Assembly: GCA_002269645.1 (NCBI GenBank)
Contig: NIVC01000576.1
Span: 1-64,000 of the forward strand
From: Macrostomum lignano
Taxonomy: Eukaryota
DNA: 64,000 nt
Reading direction: 5' to 3'
The notes beneath the pieces were generated by a model. The model saw nothing but the letters and a program-made list of their open reading frames with translations. It did no database searches and was not told the origin of the DNA. The translations under genes were made by a program, and so were the position numbers. Each line of letters opens with the position of its first letter. The stretch's first letter is position 1. Of this stretch, positions 12,036 to 21,196 are shown piece after piece.

Positions 12036-15000
12036 GGGTAAATCTCAAATTGAAATATACGTAAGTTATAAACAAATTTTTTCTTTCAGCATGAATTTAA
12101 TTGTTAAACCAGAAGTATTTGTACATAAATTTAACTTTTATTTATAAAAAACTGATTGAAAAATGTGTCTTTAAACTTTTAGCCAGAGCTTATGCTTTTA
12201 TCGTGGCGATAGCGACCGAAAACGTATTTTTCTGACTTGTACTTTAAGTACGTTTTTTTGTTTCATAACGCTCTTTTGTGTACGTGTACTATTTTTGTCT
12301 ATGGGACAATGACTGAAAATATAGGGGAAAACCTTTATCTGTGAGCTTGTGGATATTTTACGGCTGTGTTTTCAATATTTATGAACTTATTTAGCCCTGT
12401 CTTAATTGCATGACACTTGTCTACTGTTGAAAAATTCCTGTAAGGTGTAGGTTTTCTGATAAACAAGGCCAAACATTTTGATCTTTAGTGATTCATTCTT
12501 TCAGAGACATTTTAAATATTGTTATTTTGTTTTATCTGCGACTGTCAATGCATTGTTACTTACTTATGCCTATTGATGTTACATTTTGACTTTTTTCATG
12601 AGCACAAAATTTCCTGTAAGGTGTAAGTTTACTCAGCTCATAAGCATGTAAATGTTCCCAAAACTTGTTATTATGTAGAAAAATACTAAACAAAGAGTAG
12701 TTTTTATTGCATGTTCTTGTGATTTTACTAAAGAAGTATAGACCTTATTAAGTTCATTATATGGGTTTTTACCATTTATAGCCAACTAACATACTTAAGT
12801 AAGCAGTTTGTTTATTTTTGTATGAAAATCTTTGATGAATTCGCTTGTAATGATATTCAATTTTGATCTTATGTGTATATTTTGAGCTCTAATGTTTGGT
12901 AATCCATATAAATATTCTAATTTGTTTTTGCCAATGTATTTAATATATTCCTCCAATGTTATCATATTTGAATGCCTATTTGGGCTAGCAAAAGACAATA
13001 GGTATGGCAGGAACAGGAACCCTTAGAAACAGTTTGCATGGTTAGGAGAAAGCAAAAAGAATCCTGGTATTGCATACTTTTATTGTATTTAATGACACCT
13101 TAGAAAGCCTTTTTACTCATAATTAGGAAGCACAATCTATCTACTTCTATTTGTATTTATATCTCAATATCTGTGTGTAGCAGTATATGTTTACCTTGCA
13201 ATTTGAATGCCATATCTATTATTTCTATTTAGTCATTTTCAATTGTACTCTGCTATCTTGGTATTCATTTACAAAAATACAAAGTGAGAGTCTATCTGTC
13301 TATTTGTAAATTTTGGCAATTTTCAATGTAGACATTCCTAAAATTACTACAGTTATTTTCTTTAAATTGATACCAGATAACATTAAGATGATAATACCTC
13401 ATTCTTATATGGTTTCTATTTTCTACAATACACAAATTTACTTCAAAATTCATTTCTTGTCTGGAATAAAAGTGGATATTGCATGATAATAGAATATATT
13501 TATATGTATCTCTATAGTACAGTGCAAGAAGGGAGTGTTGGCCATGATGGCATAGCAGTCATGAGGGTAGAAAGAATTGCTGGGCTGGGCCAATGCCAAA
13601 TGCCACACATGCACATTGTTTCACATGTGCACTGTGTAGTTACAGTGTTGGGCATAAAAACTAACACATCTATGTAAGAGTTTGAAATCCTATATACTGT
13701 ATTTGTACTGTCAGTTGCATCTTATCCTGGCCTGTACATCTGTTGCTTTCTCTTAGCATACTGTATTACCTTTCTCTCAGCATATATATATGTTTTAGTT
13801 TCCAGTTTAACATTTGCCATTTGCCATTTACATTTTTCTTAGTTTTCAGTGCCATATCTGCTTTATATAGTATTTTTCAGTCTGTAAGTTTTCTGTTTTT
13901 TTTCTTTTTGCCAGTATCTTTTTGGCTTTTATTTACTGTTGTACATTTTCCCAGTGCGAGTAACTGTACGCTTTTAATTTCATTGCATTTTTATGGTCTG
14001 CACTTCTTTATATAAGTCCAGTGCAGTTCAAGTATCTGTTTCAGTCTGTTTTTTTCTTGCACATTTTAAAGTAGAAATGGGAAATATACATGCAATTTTT
14101 TGTTTTGCTTTAATTTACAAACAAACATCAACATTCTACAGACGATATATTTGATCAGTGATGGAAACCTTAGTCAAAACTTCAAAAGTAAAATGTATAA
14201 GTATATTTTTTAACTTCTAGCTTTTTAGCAGTATGAGAGAACAGCAGCTTCGAGTTCTTTGTCAAGAAATTAAGGGAAAGTATTGGTGTTATTTTTGTGG
14301 TATGGCTTGCAATTTGATAGTTGCAAAACTTGATTCAGTTGAATTAAAGAGACAAACGTGTAATTTAAAGAAAATTCAATACATTTGCTTAATTAAAATA
14401 TGTTCAAGTTGAATACTAGATCCATGATCCATCGGTGTCAGTCTGAATATTACAGAATTTGTAGGTTTCGCCATATTAAATTTTAGTAAAGATAAATAAC
14501 CCAATTGGCATCGTTTCATTGCCATCAATAATAAACTCCGTTCGTTATCAGTCCGTCAACGGGATATGTTGTCGATATATATATAAAAAATGGTTTAGGT
14601 ACCGTATATTCCGTTTATATTAAATCAGGCAGATTCTTAGCACGTTAAATTAAGTAACTATAAACAGCCTCAATTTATAACAAAATGTTTCTTAAAAACA
14701 AAGAATATTTTGTGTATACTACAAACCAATAGAAATTTAACTCTAAAAAAACAAAAACTACAATTTTGTATGTTAAATAAACAAACAGTTTATCTTTGGT
14801 ATTAATCGTTGTCAGAATACCCTTCGAAAAAACAAACAGCATTCTTTCTTGAAATTCAGGCCTACTTGTGGTTTTAAGTAGAAAAATTATTATATTATTG
14901 TTTAATCTTCAGAGGTAAAGCATTATTTTGCATGCCACAGAACTTTTATTTTTTGTCAATTTTTTTACTTCTGTGTTTGAGATTTACCCGTCACTCGGGG

Positions 15001-15170
15001 ACTATTTTGGCCACAGACAGTCTGAATTGAAGTTCGTCTGTTTCAATAGAAAGGGAATTTGTTTGAATTGAATTTCCGCAAGGGCTGTTATTTCTTAAAG
15101 TGTTTGAATTGAAGTTCTGCTTGTTTCTTTTGAACAAGACTTTATTCAAAATAGGAGGTAAAATGGTGTA

Positions 15171-16275
15171 CTTTTACCTCCACCGCCTTACCACCCAGGT
15201 GTGAAGGCCACGCTGCGTTTAGTCGCCCATCATTTTTTCTGGCCATGCATGAAATCAGACATACAGCGCTGGACGGCAGAATGCACACAATGTCAATCAG
15301 CGAAAATCGGTCGTCATGTTCGCCGACCACTGCACCACCTGCCTGCACCTACACAGCGGTTCACAACGGTCCACATGGATTTAGTCGGACCGCTCCCGGT
15401 GCCGGACCCAACCGAAACAGCTGCATTCTTAGCCGCGGTATTTACTAACCATCGTGGACTCGTACTCCCGCTGGGTCGAAGCAATCCGATTGCAATCGAT
15501 CACCAGTACGGTTGTTGCACAAGCCTTTGTCGCCCACTGGGTTTGTCGATTTGGCCCACCGTTAACACTCATCACAGACCAAGGAGCTCAATTTCGCTCG
15601 GACCTAATGGCAAACCTGGTGAATCTTCTCGGTGTCCATCACACCCGCACAGCCGCATATAATCCTAAGGCCAACGGTATGATCGAGCGAGTTCATCGCA
15701 CACTGAAGGCCAGCCTCAGAGCTCGCGGCCGGTGCTGGCTTAACCAGCTGCCCATCGTTTTATTCGGATTGCGCATTAACCCCGACGACCAGGGTCACTC
15801 GCCATTCTCAATCGTCACGGAAGAACAGCCGCTAGTTTCACCGGTCACAACTGATGACGACGACCAGCGTCAGCTGTAGACTCAACTACACGACCTGTTT
15901 TTGCCGTACCGCTTGCCGCGGACCCGTCAGCAGCCTGTCCACATACCTCCGGAGCTGGAATCCTGCGAGTTTATGTGGCTCCGAGTTGACAGAGTTAAGT
16001 AACCGCTCGAGGCGCCATATCAAGAACCCTACAAGGTGTTGCGACCTTCAGCGACCACCGTGACGCTCGTCTTAAAAGGCAAGCCCCAGGCCGTTTCCAT
16101 CGAGAGAGTGAAGCCGGCAGTGCTACCGGACAGTCAGCGCCAGACCCGAGCAATGACGAGAGAGGCACGGCCGGACAAGCCAGCGACTACCCCTGCGAAG
16201 AAACAGCGTCCCGCGAAGGAAACCCAACGCGTTCGTTTTTCCGAGAAGCCAACGGTTCACGTTAGTGATTATTGA
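15171..16275 (+). mobile_element. Ty3/Gypsy integrase remnant (frameshifted)
   Basis: HHCC motif HPGVKAT..CTQCQSAK; D-D-E core VHMDLVGPLP / LITDQGAQF / KANGMIERVHRTLK; GPY/F-like APYQEPYKV. Confidence 0.9.
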
Positions 16276-16382
16276 TCAACAATCCCTTATCGAACACTCA
16301 ACAAACAAACAGGAATAAATTAACCCTACTGATCGCCAAACATCGTTTATAGTTGTTCGCTTTTCCGTTGGGGGGAAGTGTT

Positions 16383-16617
16383 TGTAGCGCCTTGTTTCCC
16401 ACGGTCCCTGCGTTCATTAAAAGTACTTTCTTTTGAGTGCCCACAAGCTAGGTTGTCTATGGCCCAAACTCCAACTCTCGGTTGCAGCCCCAAACTAACT
16501 GTACTTTATTTTTATTAAATAGACGCGATCGCCCCCCAGCCGATCGCCCCCCAGCCGAGATTTAACCTTTCGCCCAACTTAATCAATCATCTTCATCTTT
16601 TGGTAGCCAGTGCTACA
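16383..16617 (+). mobile_element. 3' LTR of the Gypsy element (~235 bp)
   Basis: Inverted termini TGTAGC...GCTACA, preceded by a polypurine tract (GGGGGGAAG, ~16370-16378) and downstream of the integrase. Confidence 0.7.
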
Positions 16618-16694
16618 AGCTAAGCAAAGTTATTAAAATAATTTTGCTCAAAATGAAACGAAAGAACAATCTGAATCTTCTAAATTGCCGAGGA

Positions 16695-17620
16695 AAAGAA
16701 GGGAGAAAATCATGGCAGCTTAGGCTGTGCTGTTGGCTGCTCAAACAACGCAGCGATGCCTCTGGCGGTGGCGGGAGTGTCCCTCCTTACTTAGTTGCGA
16801 CGCCTCCCCGCTGTATCCGCATGCCCGGAGTCCTTCCATACTTCTCCACAGGACAAGGAAATGAGAAAAAGTGGCTGATAGCGCTGAGATTTCGGCATTC
16901 AGATTTCAGCCTTCTTGGATGTGCCACACATTTTGAAGCTGATTCGAAACCAGTGGCAGTCCTTGTGAACATCTGCTTGGCCGAACAGAGCAACATATTG
17001 AATGGAAATATGTTGCAGGCTTGCAGCAAGTACAGGAAAGCCACGGACTCAGTCTGGGCAATAAGTTTCGCTCAGCATTTAGGCAGCGGCTGGTGCATGC
17101 CGGAGATGGGATTCTTCAGTCTGTCAGTCCGCATGTGAAGCAGCAGGATGCCACCATTCAACTGTCCTTGTCATGCCTACCATCATCAGCTGAATCAGCA
17201 TAGAAGCAGTGGAAGCTGAAGGTTCAGAATGAAATGGGACTGGAGTCTTAAAATCACCCAGCACTGTAAAAATGTATCTAATTGTCTAGTGCGTACTATA
17301 TTGCAGACGCAGTTGAAAATTGTTTTGAACAAGGAAGGAACTGGCGGCTTGATTTTTCCCAGCAGCGATGTCTTCCGTGTCCTACTCAGTGCTGAGTTAG
17401 GCTGCTGAGCGCTGAGTGCTGAATGCTGAGTGCTGTTATTCGACGTGCCAGCTGTAACAGCCAATTCTCCAGTGACGTAGCAGTTCACGAGACTTTGCGC
17501 ATGTCGAGAAATCTGGAAGAAGGCAAAGACTACTTCAAGCTCAAGACTAAAAAGCTGGTTCCAAATAATAATAATAATTTAGTCTTAGAACCAGGTGAAG
17601 GAGAGCTTAGAATTTGATGG
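16695..17620 (+). mobile_element. Degraded, internally deleted P-element/THAP9-like transposase
   Basis: Eroded THAP (GCAVGCSN; RKKWLIALR; CATHF), then EWKYVAGLQQVQESHGLSLGNKFR and GGLIFPSSDVFRVLLSAE, which resemble THAP9/P transposase segments. Confidence 0.6.
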
Positions 17621-18605
17621 CTCTCAGACATTTACTCTTATTATATTGTTTCTATTGTATCTGCAACAAAAAGGTCTCATCTTGTCCGGAAGCGTATATT
17701 TTAGTTTTTGATAAATCATTAAAATAATACGGCATATTTAAACTGCTTGATTGTTTAATAAATTTACCACATAAATTTAAATGGTTAGCAATCCGAGTCC
17801 CAAGGCAAAAGGCAACAATTAATACAGCGGGCCCAAAAGTCTAACAGTATTCTTAGTAACTCTGAATCAATAAGTTTTAAGCAATGATTGAGCTGGGGTA
17901 AGGAAGCCAATGAGACCTTGCTATCGATCGTGAGGGGTGGGAGCTGGGGTACCATTTTTCCAGGGACTTCTAGAGCTAGCAAAAATAGTGATGCTATTTT
18001 TAGGAGTCCCTGCATTTTTCCTACTTGGAAGAGGTACATATTGCTTGCCCCTCACGCGCAATCTAGTCATACTTATTGGTCTGTGGAGTGGTGGCCGCGA
18101 GCCTAGAAAGAAAATGGGGGGGGGCGAGATTTTGTAAACGCGCTTGGGCAGGACAGAATGCATCGATTAGTGGTTGGGACTTCCTATTGGTTTCGCCATG
18201 CAAAAACGAGCCATACGCGTAAAAACGCTTACTACCGAGGGTTGCCTAACAACGGCACAAGGGAGAAACTGCTTCGGCGCTAACCCTAACCCGGCTCAAG
18301 CCATTCATTTCTTTTGCATTGTGCCTGTGGGCTCTCATTGACTAAAAAGTACACTGCCTTGAATAATATTCCGTACGGCGGATGTGAGCCTCACACTCAT
18401 AACAATGCCTTTAGGGGCCAGTGTATTTTAAAGTCTTTCTTCCTCTCTCTTCCTCTCTCGGTCCCTCCCTTCCCTCATCTCTATATATGTGTATGCCAGT
18501 GCTGACGCGCAGTCGCACTGCCCTGCATTCTCGTTAATTTCACAATATCGAAAACTATATAGTGAATTTTTGCATGTTTTAAAATAACTTTCGGAGTTGA
18601 CAAAA

Positions 18606-19161
18606 ATGCAGCCCGCTAAAGTGCTTCTAGTTTTGGCTCTTCTGCTTTCCATCCAACTTGGACCATGTTTTGCCTGTGACAAAGAACAGCAGGTCAAAAC
18701 TTGTAAGTCTATTCAGTATAACTAAATTTTTGCACCTGTCTGCAAAAAGGCCAGTTTCAGTCTCCTTGCATGGCTAATTTACACATGGCATTCTGTATGT
18801 TTTTTCTCACTTAGGTTACAATTACTGGAGAGTGGGAACATGCATTGCTTTGGGAGGATCCGCCACTGCTGCATCTTTTTATGTTGCACCGTGGGCTGTT
18901 GGTCTGGTTGGATTTACAGCAGGTGGAATTACTGCTGGCTCAATTGCAGCCTGGATACAAGCTTGTGGAGCAGGCATCACCCCATTTGTGGTGTCTGTTG
19001 GTCAGAGCATTGGAGCTGCTGGACTGTCAGGAACAGCGGCTGCTGGCACTGGAGCCGCCATTGCAGCATTCTGTGGCATCTACAATGTTGGAATCACTGA
19101 GCAGTGCCATAGTGGTGGTAGATATGAAATTGTGTCAATCCCTAAAAGACGTTTAAAGTGA
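18606..19161 (+). CDS. IFI27/ISG12 (Ifi-6-16 family)-like protein with predicted signal peptide, 147 aa; join(18606..18702,18815..19161)
   Basis: MQPAKVLLVLALLLSIQLGPCFA-CDKEQQVKTC.. spliced in phase 1 (GTAAGT..TTAG) to VAPWAVGLVGFTAGGITAGSIAAWIQACGAG..SVGQSIGAAGLS, resembling the ISG12 motif. The frame is intact. Confidence 0.75.
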
Positions 19162-19892
19162 ACTTAATAAACTAACAGATTTTTTTTTAATTTGTGGTGG
19201 TGTTTCCTTGGCTTTGGATATCATATTATAAATTGTAATATTTAGAAAAGAAGCTTTAAATGAAATATTTTTATCCAGATTTTTACTAGTTATTATTTTT
19301 ATAGTTACCATTCAATAATTATTTGTACACACAGTACGAACGGTGTTTTAAACGTATATTTTTTAACGTTGACCGCCCCTTCGTGTCTGCTTCACCACCC
19401 GCCCCAACCATTCCGTACACTCACTTCCTTTTTCCCGCTGCTATTTACACAATGCTCACGCAACAGACCCACTTATTTTATTAACGTCTCTAAAGCTTAA
19501 ACCTCTGTTATGTTTCTTCCGGACTTGTACTTGCTCGCTTAACTTTTACTATTCACGTCAATTTTCCGCCCTCGCCCTCGCCGTAAGCTAACAGATGACT
19601 AACTGCACTCGTTTAATATATAATCATTAGTTCGGACAAGTGAGGTCTTTGCGTTATTCTCACTGCACAGTGACTGGCAGTAGCGTTCCTTTTTTATACT
19701 TTACACCAGCAACCATTCGCGTACATCGCCCCAGTTTCTTCGCCCCTCACCCACCTGAATCCCTCGCAGTACCGCATTCTCAAACTCTCCTATTCTCCAA
19801 CAATACAGTATATAGTGATGGATTGCACAATTAGTGTAAGAAAAATCAATAGAAGAAAAAAAATGCCAATTGCGTTGCTACAACTTACCAAT
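19162..19892 (+). repeat. Segmental duplicate of 7279-8412 (IFI27-like 3' flank) without the SINE
   Basis: Co-linear high identity to 7279-7555 plus 7918-8412. Confidence 0.9.
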
Positions 19893-20820
19893 ACCGGTGT
19901 CAGTATAGTTGTCACTTAAAGTTGGTACGAAAAATGCGTATCAAAGTTGCTTTAATTATTCGGCAATGATGACAAACGGAAATGTTTCTAAATCGTGGCT
20001 GTTTCCATGCTAAGTCATGCTAAGCCATGCTAAAAGACACCCAAAGCCAAGAGACAGAGACAGCAGTTTGGGTCAGAGACAAGCACGCCCATTTCCGACT
20101 GAGAGTCAAGCGAGCACCGTTTTGAACTAAAAATATTTCTTCACAGACACAACTGCTGTGTTACAAACTCGCAAAGTAAAAAATACATAATGATTTATGA
20201 CGTGCACTTTATAACTTCGTATTTCTAGCGTTAGATTTGGTAATAAAAAACAGTTCGTATTAAAAATTTAACAACTGCACTATTTCGTTCGGATTATGCA
20301 ACTACTAAAACAACAAAAGCTAAGTTAAAATCAGCACCACTCCAACCTCCTTGTTACGAGGTATCGGGGGGGGGGGGTTAGTCATTTCAATTACAATGGT
20401 GTCTTTGACTCCTTGAACTTCGCTGACCGTATCTGTCTGGTAAATCGGTGCCACGCGACTGGTAAACAGCACGGCGTTGTTCACAGTGAGATAAAAATGA
20501 GACAATCAGAGTCATCGACCAGCTGCAGCACAATGTCTCGGAATCGTTCCGCGTTGCCGAAGTTCAACGGAGCGTCGAAACAGACCATTTTCAGTCCCGG
20601 CAGCTCCTCTGCCGCTGGGTACTCGCGGACGTCTCTGTAGATGTCTGTGTCGCCAATGCGGCCAAGGACCGCTATTCTGGCCGACTGGGTGCGCAGGATC
20701 ACGGAGAACAGGGTGAAGCCCAGACCGATAGCCAACTCACATTCAGGATGAGTACGGAGAGCGCTGCCACCAGCCACATGATTAAGTCGATATGGGGGAT
20801 GCGCCAGATCTGCCGCAGAT
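19865..20820 (-). pseudogene. Partial duplicate of the SLC26 gene 3' end (last TM/STAS part plus 3' flank)
   Basis: Matches ~24335-24950 and ~25710-26025. Retains ILRTQSARIAVLGRIGDTDIYRDVREYPAAEELPGLK but has frameshifts and a deletion fusing exon 3 to exon 4 near 20505. Confidence 0.85.
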
Positions 20821-21196
20821 GACAAATGTTAAAAATTGTGAAGATCGACATGCGATAAATTGTACAGTACTGACAATTAATAACGACCTACCGTCTATTG
20901 GTGCTTTAGTAAAAAGCCACGACACATGCCAAATATTATATGAGAATAATGGCAGGCGCTCCCTCAAAGTGCGGTCAAAAATTGCTCTCAAAATGTTTCG
21001 AATTGATAAGAGTATCAATCTGGCATTGGCGTTGCAACCAGTTCGCCTATTAGGGCGAGATCTCTCTCTGCTTCTATTCTTAAGCGTTTCGTTCGACCTA
21101 GTTTAGCGTGAAAGGAGCTCCTTCTAATGCTCACAAAAAAATTGTTAGTCGCATTTTTAGCAAGGAATTTCGTCGGACAGGCTCCGCGGGGAGATC

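Larger units (their letters stand above)
6839..13393. repeat. Right arm of ~13.4-kb inverted repeat
   Basis: Reverse complement of 1-6520. It continues seamlessly into downstream sequence and completes the TIR element ending at 15168. Confidence 0.97.
9780..15168. mobile_element. Non-autonomous DNA transposon-like element with ~200-bp TIRs flanked by TA
   Basis: TA|CACCATTTTGCCTCCTATTTTGAA at 9778 and TTCAAAATAGGAGGTAAAATGGTG|TA at 15170. The left TIR (9780-9958 plus 12036-12049, split by the MITE) is the inverted match of 14976-15168. The interior is AT-rich. Confidence 0.65.

Noticed and set aside
17785-18163. Short ORFs with hydrophobic stretches upstream of the IFI27-like gene
   Set aside because: No recognisable motif or splice support, and several overlapping frames are equally weak.
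18281-18292. Telomere-like TAACCCTAACCC
   Set aside because: Only two units, which is expected by chance.
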